Source: Candidatus Nomurabacteria bacterium
GTDB taxonomy: Bacteria > Patescibacteriota > Minisyncoccia > Phycocordibacterales > UBA9973
Reading direction: 5' to 3'
DNA: 64,000 bases
Assembly: GCA_026395955.1 (NCBI GenBank)
Contig: JAPLXR010000006.1
Coordinates: 87,259 to 151,258, forward strand
Numbering within the stretch: position 1 is the first letter of the stretch; each line of letters starts with the position of its first letter. The notes under the pieces are model-generated. The model made no database searches and was not told where the DNA came from. It worked only from the letters and a program-made list of their open reading frames with translations. A program made the position numbers and the translations under genes. Below are positions 9,372 through 18,562 of this stretch, piece by piece.

Positions 9372-11440
9372 ATGCAAAAAAATAAAAAATATGCCTCGAG
9401 TAAGTTTTTTTTAAAAATATTTTTTTTATTCATTCTAATTTTATTTACATCTAATGTAAATGCAGCACCTCCTGCACCACCCACTATTACTAGTGCAAAA
9501 ATAACAGGAGGTAATGAAATTACTATTTATTATGATAGTGTTTTAACTTCTGATGATATTTCTTCATATTCTAGTTTAGGTTTAGGGCTTATGGGTAGAA
9601 ATATTATTTCAGCCTTTGATAATACTAGCACTAATCACATTATTTTAACTTTTGATGGATTTCCAGTAGCACCAAATACAAAAGGAGCAATAAATATTGA
9701 CACAAATATTGCTTCAAGTGGAGGAAATTTTGCTGGTGTTACAGGTTTGGATTTAGCAGATGGAATTCAGCCATATCTTGGTGCAGTTACATTGCAAGAT
9801 AATGATTCTTCAAATTCCTTTACAGCTGGTGATTCTTTTGTTTTTAGATTTGATGAGCCTATGGATAAAACCACTATTACTACAAGTAATGTAGATTTAT
9901 ATTTAGGTTTAAATCATAGTCATACTTTTGGTACAACAGGTGGAGGTCTTACTCTTACTTGGAATAGTAGGGGGACAATTTTAACTTTAAAAACAGGTAG
10001 TGATGAAACAGTTACAAATGGTGATACAGTAAGTCCTGGAAGTCCTGTTACTGATGCAAATGGAAATATGCAAAATATGCCCTTACCGTTAGAATTACCT
10101 ACGACAGTTACTACTCCTCGAACTCTTTATTTTAATGGAGCAGATGACAGTAATTGGGGAAATATAAATAATTGGTGGAATGATTCTAATTTTACTGATC
10201 CTGCAATTTCATTACCAACTGCATATGATGATGTTATTATTTCTTCAGAAGTACTATCAAATACTTCCGGAGATATTGCATATGTTAATTCTTTAGTGAT
10301 GAATGGTAGTGTAGATTTAGGTAGTGCAATTGGTTTTCTTATTAATCTTAATGTTGCACAAAATGCAATTTTTAATAATTTTTCTGTAGTTATTTATGGT
10401 ACTGTTACTGGAGATGTTGTTTTTAACGATGGTAGTTCTGCTGGTTATGGTGGACCAGGTCTTTATTTTAGTGCGGGATATATAAATGGAGATGTGACGT
10501 TTAATGAACCGACAACAGCAAATTACGAGACAATATTTGGTAATGTTACCTTTCATGGATTTTATGGTAATGCTGGACTTATCTATGGAGATGTAGAATT
10601 TAATGATATTACTTCAAATCCAGGAGAAATTTTCGGACATGTAACCTTCCGTGATAATAGTTTTAATGGTAGTTTTGGGCCTGGAATAATTAACGGAGAT
10701 GTTGATGTATATTATCCTTCTAATAATCCAATTGATTCTATTGAAAATATTTCTGGTACAGTTACATATTATAATTATGACGAAACCCCACCCACAATCT
10801 TAAACGTATCTCCAATCGATAATTCTAAAAACATAAAATCTGATACAAGTATAGTCATTACTTTCTCAGAACCAATAGATACTAATTCTTTTTCAATTAG
10901 CACTACTCCTTGTGATAGCTCTAATAATAGTTGTGCTAGTTACAATGACCCAGTATGGTCAGATGGTGATACTGTTGCTACTTTAACTCGTGTACATGGT
11001 GAATCATTTAAACCAGGTAAGAAATATACAATTTCAATAAATGCTTCTGATTTACAGAGTAATCAATTAGTTGATCCTTACATATGGTCTTTTAAAATAA
11101 AAGATAATTCTTCTAGTGGTGGATATCTCCCAGGTCACATTCCATCTTTCATCCAATCAACAGCCTCCACAACTCCTACAACCACTCTACCTACTACATC
11201 ACCACTAAACCTAACAAGAAACCTCTATCTAGGTGTACCAAACGGAGAAGACATCAAACTTCTCCAAATCTACCTAAACACTCACGGATACCCAGTATCA
11301 ACTACAGGACCAGGTTCTACAGGTAATGAACAACTAAATTCGGTTCTCTAACTAAACAAGCAGTAATTAAGTTCCAATTAGCTCATCATATAGATCCTAT
11401 TGGTGTTGTTGGTCCTAGGACTAGAGGGGAGATTAAATAG
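9372..11440 (+). CDS. secreted surface protein (Ig-like/Big_5 domains, beta-helical repeats, C-terminal peptidoglycan-binding domain); frameshift near 11330
   Basis: Signal peptide; FDEPMD/FSEPID Ig-like motifs; the PG-binding tail TKFGSLTKQAVIKFQ...GVVGPRTR continues in another frame to TAG at 11440. Confidence 0.75.
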
Positions 11441-11521
11441 GTACTTTTATAAAATATAAATACTGCATAATTTGTGTTACACTATACTTAGTTTATTTAT
11501 TAATTTATAAAAGTTTTTATT

Positions 11522-14500
11522 ATGAAAAAAATATTTAGTATTGTTTTAGTTTTAATAGTTGTATTTGGGAATATTCCATTTACAAATTTTGGTACACAAA
11601 AAGTTTTAGCAGATGGATTTCAAGGTACAGGAGATGGTAGTGAGGGGAATCCATTTATAATTACAAATTGTACTTTACTCCAAGAAATAAACTTAGATTT
11701 GGATTTGTATTTTAAATTACAAGGTGCAAATAATACTATAGATTGTTCTGAAACATCTAATTGGAATTCAGATGGTGATGGAGGGTATTATGGATTTCAA
11801 CCACTTGGTTCTGTTAACTCTCCATTTTTTACAGGACATTTAAATGGAAATAATAACACTATTACTAATTTGTATATCAATAGACCTTCATCAACTTTTG
11901 TTGGGCTATTTTCTGTAGTTGATTCTGGTGCTACTATTAGTGATTTAACTTTAAAGGATGTAAATATAACTGGAAACGATCGTACTGGTGCTCTTGTGGG
12001 TTCTCTGAGTGGTACTGTTACAAATGTCCATGCTTCAGGTGTGCTTACAGGAGGTTTTACTACTGGAGGTCTTGTCGGTGCTCATGTGAATAATAATAGT
12101 TGGTATAACTCTAGTCCTTTAGTTTATACTTGGGATGGAAATAAATATAAATATATAGCCGATGTTGGTAATTTATTACCAAAAGAAGTTTTAAATGCTC
12201 CAGATTTGGCTACTGTAGACACTGGCGATTTAGTTCCAAAAGATGGAAAATATTCAATGAAAATTGCAGAAGAATATAATGAAATTGTTTACTATGATAA
12301 ACTCACTTTGAATACTTATGATCATGCACCAGGATATAGTATTGCAGTTCCATTAAACAGAAATGCTGTAGCTAGTGATATAAAAACAGTCAGTGATACA
12401 CCGACAAATCCATTACTTTCTTGTACAGATATGTATGGAAATAATTGTGAAGATACACTCAAGGCAAACGATGACAAATGGGCAGTGCAAGATAAAAGTT
12501 TTGTAAATTCATATATTATGGATTTTGGAGATTTATCAAACAAAGACAGTATACAACTGGTAATGCGTGGTGCTCGTGATTATGATGCTGCTGCAAAGAT
12601 GAGAGCTGCTGGAAATTATCAATCTCTACGCACTGTTCAAGTCAAAGACACAAATGGTAACTGGGTAGAAATTTATAATAAAAATGACTTAGGTTCTGAC
12701 GGTACACCTAGACTTCGAACTATCGACCTTACTGGAAAATTCTTGAGTAATGATTATCATATTAAGGTTGGTTTCGATACAATGTACATGAATTATTTTG
12801 CTGTTGATACATCTGCACAAGTCCCTGTCACAGTGCATACTTATGCTCCAACAAAAGCTGATCTTAGTTTTAGAGGTTTTACTAAGATAAATCATAATCC
12901 GTATGTTGATCATGATTACAATACTGTAACAGTAAATCCTGAAGGAATGTTTAAACCTCAATTTGGTAATTTCACAAAATACGGTGATGTATCTCCATTA
13001 CTTCAAACTTCAAACAATCAATTCGTAATTATGAAAGGAGGTGATCATATGGATATAGAATTCCCATATGTCGCACCCGCCGATGGAATGGTGAGAAGTT
13101 TTGTTTTAGATAATGATGCTTGGTATAAACATGCTTCAAATGAAGGTATTGATTTGCTTGGTAAGACAGTTAGTCCACTTCCATATCAAGGTATGACTTC
13201 ATATACAGCGAATACAAGTGGTTATCCGATGACTGATGAAAATACTAATTATTTAAATACTTGGAATACTCGTGTCTATGCAGGTACACCAAAACATGAT
13301 GTTACAAATGGTAGTACAATTATTAATTCTTCTTCTAGTGTTAATGTTACTACTAATAATAATAGTTACGTAGGAGGACTTGTTGGTTATAATGAAAAAG
13401 AAATTAGAAATTCTTTTGCTACAGGAGATGTAACTGCCAATGGTAATTCTTACAATATTGGAGGATTAGTAGGATTTAATGGAACTGCTGGATCTACTGG
13501 ATGGATACATGATTCTTATGCGACAGGTTCTGTAACAAATATAAATGGTTACGATGTAGGAGGTTTAGTTGGTATTAACCTTGCAAAAATTGAAAGAAGT
13601 TATGCTGCTGGGCTTGTTACATCAAATAATGTTGATTATGCTCATGGACTAATAGGTGATAACTGTGGTGGTGGTTGTAGCACAGAAGTGAATGATTCAT
13701 TTTGGGACACACAAACATCTCAAAAAGAAACTGACGCATCAGGTTCTAATGCTACAGGAAAAAGTTCATCTGAAATGAAAGACATTGCAACATTTACAAA
13801 TGCTAGTACTACAGGACTTACTAATGCTTGGGATTTTACTGGTACATTAAATAATGATGCAGGTACAGATGATATTTGGAAAATAGATGCAAATCAGAAC
13901 AATGGTTATCCATATTTGTATTGGCAAACACCAGCTCCAGTTTTGACTGAAGTGAAACCAATTCCAGCAAAAGTCACAGCAAGTAAGGCAAAATATTATT
14001 TTACAACAGATAAGGCTTGTACTTTACAAGTAAGTGCAGTCGAAACAGACAAGGAAGGTGAAGTTACAGTTCATGTTTCAGGAGAACCTACTCCTGGTGA
14101 GGATTCTAATTTTTATCTAACTGGTTTAAAGACAGGTGGAACATATTCGTTTAATTTTCAATGTATAGATGAAAATGATAGTATTTCAAATACTTTAAAT
14201 GTAGGACCATTTAAAGTTATTTCTAATATTACTTCTTCTGGATATTATTCTCCAGGTAGTGTTCCATCCTTTATTCAATCATCAACCACTCCTGTACAAT
14301 CAACATCACAAGTAAGTACAAATCCAGAGCAAAAAAATATAACAATCTCTGAAATCCAAAAAGTTGTGAAAGATTTAAAATTTGGAATGAAAGACGCTGA
14401 TGTAAAAATACTTCAATCATTCTTAATCTCACAAGACAAAGGAGAAAATGCAAAAGCATTAGCAAAACACGGAACAACTATAAACTTTGGGAAATTAACA

Positions 14501-14602
14501 CAAAAATCTTTAGCAGAATGGCAAAAAGCTAATAATGTTTCTCCTGCAGTTGGTATCTTTGGTCCTATAACTCGTGCAAAGATAAAAGATTTAAATTTAT
14601 AA
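11522..14602 (+). CDS. secreted surface protein with GLUG-like repeats, a large inserted domain and a C-terminal peptidoglycan-binding domain
   Basis: Signal peptide, GxG..NPFII, (V/I)GGLVG repeats, DVKILQ..FGKLT..WQ..GIFGPITR. Confidence 0.8.
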   Translation: MKKIFSIVLVLIVVFGNIPFTNFGTQKVLADGFQGTGDGSEGNPFIITNCTLLQEINLDLDLYFKLQGANNTIDCSETSNWNSDGDGGYYGFQPLGSVNSPFFTGHLNGNNNTITNLYINRPSSTFVGLFSVVDSGATISDLTLKDVNITGNDRTGALVGSLSGTVTNVHASGVLTGGFTTGGLVGAHVNNNSWYNSSPLVYTWDGNKYKYIADVGNLLPKEVLNAPDLATVDTGDLVPKDGKYSMKIAEEYNEIVYYDKLTLNTYDHAPGYSIAVPLNRNAVASDIKTVSDTPTNPLLSCTDMYGNNCEDTLKANDDKWAVQDKSFVNSYIMDFGDLSNKDSIQLVMRGARDYDAAAKMRAAGNYQSLRTVQVKDTNGNWVEIYNKNDLGSDGTPRLRTIDLTGKFLSNDYHIKVGFDTMYMNYFAVDTSAQVPVTVHTYAPTKADLSFRGFTKINHNPYVDHDYNTVTVNPEGMFKPQFGNFTKYGDVSPLLQTSNNQFVIMKGGDHMDIEFPYVAPADGMVRSFVLDNDAWYKHASNEGIDLLGKTVSPLPYQGMTSYTANTSGYPMTDENTNYLNTWNTRVYAGTPKHDVTNGSTIINSSSSVNVTTNNNSYVGGLVGYNEKEIRNSFATGDVTANGNSYNIGGLVGFNGTAGSTGWIHDSYATGSVTNINGYDVGGLVGINLAKIERSYAAGLVTSNNVDYAHGLIGDNCGGGCSTEVNDSFWDTQTSQKETDASGSNATGKSSSEMKDIATFTNASTTGLTNAWDFTGTLNNDAGTDDIWKIDANQNNGYPYLYWQTPAPVLTEVKPIPAKVTASKAKYYFTTDKACTLQVSAVETDKEGEVTVHVSGEPTPGEDSNFYLTGLKTGGTYSFNFQCIDENDSISNTLNVGPFKVISNITSSGYYSPGSVPSFIQSSTTPVQSTSQVSTNPEQKNITISEIQKVVKDLKFGMKDADVKILQSFLISQDKGENAKALAKHGTTINFGKLTQKSLAEWQKANNVSPAVGIFGPITRAKIKDLNL

Positions 14603-14603
14603 G

Positions 14604-14637
14604 AAAAATAGCCCAATTTTGATATTGGGCTATTTTT
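14604..14637. terminator. intrinsic terminator
   Basis: AAAAATAGCCCAAT...ATTGGGCTATTTTT. Confidence 0.75.
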
Positions 14638-14713
14638 GTGATATAATACAAGGGTTAGATTATAAATAACTTCCTAGCCTTATTTGGTAAGGATAAATAA
14701 AAGAATTTTAATT

Positions 14714-14902
14714 ATGGCAACTTTAAAAGCATTATGTATGAAATGTCGTGAAAACAACAAACCAACTATGCAAGATATGACAAATCCTGTCGTTACAAAA
14801 AACGAAAAAGGACGCTACAGTGCAAAGGGTACTTGTGGTAAATGTGGAGGTAATATGTTCAAATTCATGTCTGCTGTTGATGGTGAGGCAATGATGAAAT
14901 AA
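14714..14902 (+). CDS. DUF5679-like small zinc-ribbon protein
   Basis: ALCMKCR ... KGTCGKCGGNMFK; own terminator. Confidence 0.8.
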   Translation: MATLKALCMKCRENNKPTMQDMTNPVVTKNEKGRYSAKGTCGKCGGNMFKFMSAVDGEAMMK

Positions 14903-14911
14903 TTTTTAAAT

Positions 14912-14950
14912 AAGAACAAAAAAATCCCTAATGGGGATTTTTTTGTTCTT
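14912..14950. terminator. bidirectional intrinsic terminator
   Basis: AAGAACAAAAAAATCCC...GGGATTTTTTTGTTCTT. Confidence 0.8.
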
Positions 14951-15037
14951 GAAGGTTTTTAATTAGGTATTGACGAATATATGTGTTAAGGTTGTTCTAT
15001 AGTCGCAGTTTACTAGACACTTAACTTAAATAAAATT

Positions 15038-15157
15038 ATGTCAGACGAAGAAACAAAGGTAGAAGGCGAAACTCCAGTAGTTGAAACTCCAGCTGTAGCA
15101 GAAGAAATGCCAGCTGAAACTCCTGCAGAAGAAACAACAACAGAAGCTACTGCATAG
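15038..15157 (+). CDS. 39-aa acidic low-complexity protein (MSDEETKVEGETPVVETPAVAEEMPAETPAEETTTEATA)
   Basis: Manual translation; A-rich leader, tandem TAG stops, terminator directly after. Confidence 0.65.
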   Translation: MSDEETKVEGETPVVETPAVAEEMPAETPAEETTTEATA

Positions 15158-15160
15158 TAG

Positions 15161-15194
15161 ATCAAAAAAAAGACCTTCGGGTCTTTTTTTTGAT
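15161..15194. terminator. bidirectional intrinsic terminator
   Basis: ATCAAAAAAAAGACC-ttcg-GGTCTTTTTTTTGAT. Confidence 0.85.
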
Positions 15195-15211
15195 TGTGGT
15201 AGAATTAAAGA

Positions 15212-15580
15212 ATGGAATTAAATAACCTTACAGAGGAAGAAAAGAAAGTAATAATAGACAAAGGAACAGAAATGCCTTTTGTGGGTGAGTATGTGAACAA
15301 CAAAGAGACTGGTGTGTATGTATGCAGACAATGTAATACTCCACTTTATAATTCAAAAGATAAATTTGAAAGTACTTGTGGCTGGCCGAGCTTTGATGAT
15401 GAGATACCAGGTGCCGTGAAGAAAACTCTCGATGCTGATGGAATTCGTACAGAAATAACTTGTGCAAAATGTGGCGGCCACCTAGGCCATGTTTTCGAAG
15501 GTGAAAATCTAACAAATAAAAACATCCGCCATTGCGTGAATTCGATTTCATTAAAATTTATTCCAGGAAAAAACAAATGA
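15212..15580 (+). CDS. msrB: peptide-methionine (R)-S-oxide reductase
   Basis: GTExPF, CxxC, GWPSF, HLGHVF, RHCVNS. Confidence 0.96.
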   Translation: MELNNLTEEEKKVIIDKGTEMPFVGEYVNNKETGVYVCRQCNTPLYNSKDKFESTCGWPSFDDEIPGAVKKTLDADGIRTEITCAKCGGHLGHVFEGENLTNKNIRHCVNSISLKFIPGKNK

Positions 15581-16089
15581 CTAACAAAGCATATTTTGCA
15601 GGTGGATGTTTTTGGGGACTACAAGATTTAATTCGGAAGCAACCGGGCGTGGTAAAAACTCGTGTCGGTTACACTGGTGGTAAAAATGAAATGGATTCGA
15701 CAGGCTCACCACAAGCTCCGACTTATGAAAATCATGAAGGTTATGCAGAAGCAGTTGAGATAGAATATGACAGTGAAAAAACTTCTTATAAAAATCTTTT
15801 AGATTTCTTTTTTCAAATTCATAATCCGACAACGCTAAATCAGCAGGGGAATGATAAAGGTACTTCATATCGATCCGCTATTTTTTATGGTAATGAAGAA
15901 GAAAAAAAAGAAGCTGAAGATTTTATAAAAATTGTGAATGATTCAAAACGCTGGCCTGGTCCTGTCGTCACGACACTCGAGCCCTTTGCAAAGTTCTGGG
16001 AGGCAGAGGATTACCATCAAGACTATCTAGAAAAGAATCCCGGTGGCTATACATGTCACGCTATATGGTTCGATAGTTATTTAAAATAA
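15577..16089 (+). CDS. msrA: peptide-methionine (S)-S-oxide reductase
   Basis: [20 protein letters not shown]; ATGA overlap with msrB. Confidence 0.96.
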   Translation: MTNKAYFAGGCFWGLQDLIRKQPGVVKTRVGYTGGKNEMDSTGSPQAPTYENHEGYAEAVEIEYDSEKTSYKNLLDFFFQIHNPTTLNQQGNDKGTSYRSAIFYGNEEEKKEAEDFIKIVNDSKRWPGPVVTTLEPFAKFWEAEDYHQDYLEKNPGGYTCHAIWFDSYLK

Positions 16090-16092
16090 AGA

Positions 16093-16117
16093 CTTGTCGA
16101 CCTGCTAGGTCGACAAG
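16093..16117. repeat. perfect 11-bp palindrome after msrA
   Basis: CTTGTCGACCT-gct-AGGTCGACAAG. Confidence 0.7.
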
Positions 16118-16123
16118 AAATAG

Positions 16124-16132
16124 TTATCCACA
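16124..16132 (+). promoter_or_regulatory. single DnaA-box consensus
   Basis: Exact TTATCCACA; function not established. Confidence 0.4.
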
Positions 16133-16141
16133 GGTATTTAC

Positions 16142-16170
16142 TTGCGTGTGAACGTTCGTTCACTTATAAT
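16142..16170 (+). promoter_or_regulatory. sigma70 promoter with a LexA (SOS) box in the spacer
   Basis: TTGCGT-N17-TATAAT; spacer holds the palindrome GTGAAC-gttc-GTTCAC (GAAC-N4-GTTC), upstream of lexA. Confidence 0.8.
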
Positions 16171-16200
16171 GAGTGTATTAGAAATAATATATAAAAATTT

Positions 16201-16410
16201 ATGAGTAAAGAACAATATTTAAAAATCATCAATAAGGAATTGCAAAAGGTTAACAAGAAGATCGACGTGAAGATTATCAGAGGTGAAGAATATTTCCGCG
16301 AAGCACGTGAACACAAGTTGCTTCTCAGAAAGGCTCGTCAATTTCAAGGTCAAAGTTTTTTTAGTAAAATATTTGGAGGATTGTTTTCTTCCAACTTGTC
16401 CTTTCGTTAA
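16201..16410 (+). CDS. hypothetical small basic protein upstream of lexA
   Basis: ORF directly after the SOS-box promoter. Confidence 0.65.
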   Translation: MSKEQYLKIINKELQKVNKKIDVKIIRGEEYFREAREHKLLLRKARQFQGQSFFSKIFGGLFSSNLSFR

Positions 16411-16457
16411 AAAATCAAAGAGCGAGAGTAAAGATAAAAACGTGATACAATAAATCT

Positions 16458-17027
16458 ATGCAAAACGATTACAAAGACAAACTAAATAGTTTCTATTCAA
16501 AGAACAAAAGAATGCCGACATACACAGAAATGATGAAGCTGTTTTCTTTCAAGTCCAAGAATGCCGTAGCCCGAGTCGTCGATAAAATGATCGAAGCCGG
16601 ACTCGTCGCCAAGGATCACCTTGGTCGTTTAATTCCCGATAAATTTTTAAATGAAGTAGTAATGCTCGGTTCTGTGAAAGCCGGATTTCCGAGCGATGTC
16701 GAGGAACAAACTTTTAATGATACAGTAAACCTCGATGATTTTTTAATAGAGAAAAAAGATTCCACATATATGCTCGAAGTTGATGGTGATTCTATGATCG
16801 ATGCACATATTAAAAATGGTGATATGGTTTTAGCTGAACGTACAAATAAAGCCAAAGATGGCGACATTGTGATAGCCGAAGTGGATGGGGAATTCACAAT
16901 GAAATATTTTAAACAAAAGGGTGACAAAGTTTGGCTCGAGCCAGCCAACAAAAATTTTAAACCTATTTATCCTAAATATGATTTAAAGGTGACAGCGATA
17001 GTCAAAGCCGTAATTCGTAAATATTAG
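16458..17027 (+). CDS. lexA: LexA repressor
   Basis: N-terminal wHTH (MPTYTEM), Ala-Gly cleavage site (VKAGFP), catalytic Ser (GDSM) and Lys (TMK). Confidence 0.92.
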   Translation: MQNDYKDKLNSFYSKNKRMPTYTEMMKLFSFKSKNAVARVVDKMIEAGLVAKDHLGRLIPDKFLNEVVMLGSVKAGFPSDVEEQTFNDTVNLDDFLIEKKDSTYMLEVDGDSMIDAHIKNGDMVLAERTNKAKDGDIVIAEVDGEFTMKYFKQKGDKVWLEPANKNFKPIYPKYDLKVTAIVKAVIRKY

Positions 17028-17049
17028 AACTTTCTGTTATAGTGTTTAC

Positions 17050-17619
17050 ATGAAGATAACTTCTGCAAAATTCGTAAAAGGAGTCGTCGGTGACGACGAA
17101 ATCCTCGGCAATGGTATTCCACAAATTGCCTTTATTGGGCGTTCCAATGTCGGTAAATCAAGTGTGATAAACTCTCTCACAGGAGTAAAGGATTTAGCTC
17201 GTACGAGTTCTTTCCCAGGACGTACCCAAGAGATTAACCTTTTTTTAATTAATAAAAAATATTATTTTGCTGATCTGCCTGGTTATGGTTTTGCTCAGAT
17301 GTCTAAAGATGATAGAGCAGGACTCGCGGAACTTATTAATTCATATTTTTTTCACTCTACATATGAACAAAAGATAGTAGTACTGATTATCGATGCTGTT
17401 GTAGGTTTCACTGATACTGATATGGGGATGCTTCATGCTCTCGAAGATGCAGGTAAAGATGTGGTAATAATTGCAAACAAAATAGATAAATTGAAAACTA
17501 ACGAGTTTAAAAAACAAATAAAGAAAATAGATGATATGACAGTAGGCCATATCATCATCCCGTATTCTGCTATGAAGAAAATAGGTATAAAAGAAGTCTT
17601 AAAAGAATTATTTAAATAA
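17050..17619 (+). CDS. engB: ribosome biogenesis GTPase YihA/YsxC
   Basis: GRSNVGKSS, PGRT, DLPGYG, NKID. Confidence 0.95.
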   Translation: MKITSAKFVKGVVGDDEILGNGIPQIAFIGRSNVGKSSVINSLTGVKDLARTSSFPGRTQEINLFLINKKYYFADLPGYGFAQMSKDDRAGLAELINSYFFHSTYEQKIVVLIIDAVVGFTDTDMGMLHALEDAGKDVVIIANKIDKLKTNEFKKQIKKIDDMTVGHIIIPYSAMKKIGIKEVLKELFK

Positions 17620-17647
17620 AAAACCACAGCAGTTGCTGTGGTTTTTT
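17618..17647. terminator. bidirectional terminator between convergent genes
   Basis: AAAAAACCACAGC-agtt-GCTGTGGTTTTTT. Confidence 0.8.
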
Positions 17648-17654
17648 GAAGTTA

Positions 17655-18422
17655 CTATTTTGCAACTTCGAGCTCGTGTTTATTTATAATTTGTACAGTA
17701 CTTTCGCCTGTACGGATATCAATGAATTTACTTACAATCGAAACTTTATTTTCAGAATTCAGTGCATCCCAAAATTTTCTAGTGACCATATCCTGACCTC
17801 CAGTAAATGGTATCAGCCTCGGACTGCCAGTAAATGTCGGTAATGGATTTCCGTCACCATCATAGGTACTAACATATACTCCAAAACCCGGTGTGAATTC
17901 ATCACACTTATATAAACTTTTTACACAAGTATTTCCGAATACTGATTTTTGTAACAATAATATTTCAGTTGAATACTTCATATTATCGAGTAGTACACTT
18001 GTCGCAGTTATTCGTGCTGTTGTATTTTCATCAGGTTCATAAGTCCATACATCACGATATGCAATGTCAGCTAATCCGTAGCATGAATTCATGCTACGTG
18101 AAAGTGCATCCATTGTCTGAGCTCCATTACTCACTGCAAAGTACTTACCTTTTTGAGCCATAGCAGGGTATTGTATGAGTGCTAATTCTTGAGGCGATAC
18201 TTTGGTCTCATCTAGTACTCGTACATCGATATACCCATTGTTTAATTCCTCAAAACGTCTTCCACGGCTTCCAGGACTGCGTCCCATAATAGCGTAGATT
18301 TGAATTAGGTTTGTACCAGTTTCGTCCAATCCTATACCGATGAATCGGCCAGGGTAGGAATTTTTACGTAATGCCTCAAAATTGTTTTGAGCATTTTGTT
18401 CTAAGGTGAATAATTCTTCCAT
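17655..18422 (-). CDS. IMP cyclohydrolase-like protein (PurO-type Ntn fold)
   Basis: YPGRFIGIG, YAIMGRS..SR, LIQY, VSNGAQT, TYEPD..T.RI, TYDGDGNPLP. Confidence 0.8.
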   Translation of the reverse strand: MEELFTLEQNAQNNFEALRKNSYPGRFIGIGLDETGTNLIQIYAIMGRSPGSRGRRFEELNNGYIDVRVLDETKVSPQELALIQYPAMAQKGKYFAVSNGAQTMDALSRSMNSCYGLADIAYRDVWTYEPDENTTARITATSVLLDNMKYSTEILLLQKSVFGNTCVKSLYKCDEFTPGFGVYVSTYDGDGNPLPTFTGSPRLIPFTGGQDMVTRKFWDALNSENKVSIVSKFIDIRTGESTVQIINKHELEVAK

Positions 18423-18562
18423 TTTTTCTTATTTTGTTTTAATTTACTTTTGTTTATTTATATTATTTATGGCTATAAATGTCAATAAAATAAGCTTGAC
18501 TTTTTAATATATAGGGTGTATAATAGTATCAAAGTAAATTTCAAATTTAATATATAAACAAA

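Noticed and set aside
9372-14602. Diversity-generating retroelement target or intein in the surface proteins
   Set aside because: No reverse transcriptase or adenine-variant repeat pair seen; the insert lacks intein terminal motifs (no His-Asn before Cys/Ser/Thr).
16124-16132. Replication origin at the DnaA box
   Set aside because: Single box; no cluster and no dnaA or dnaN nearby.
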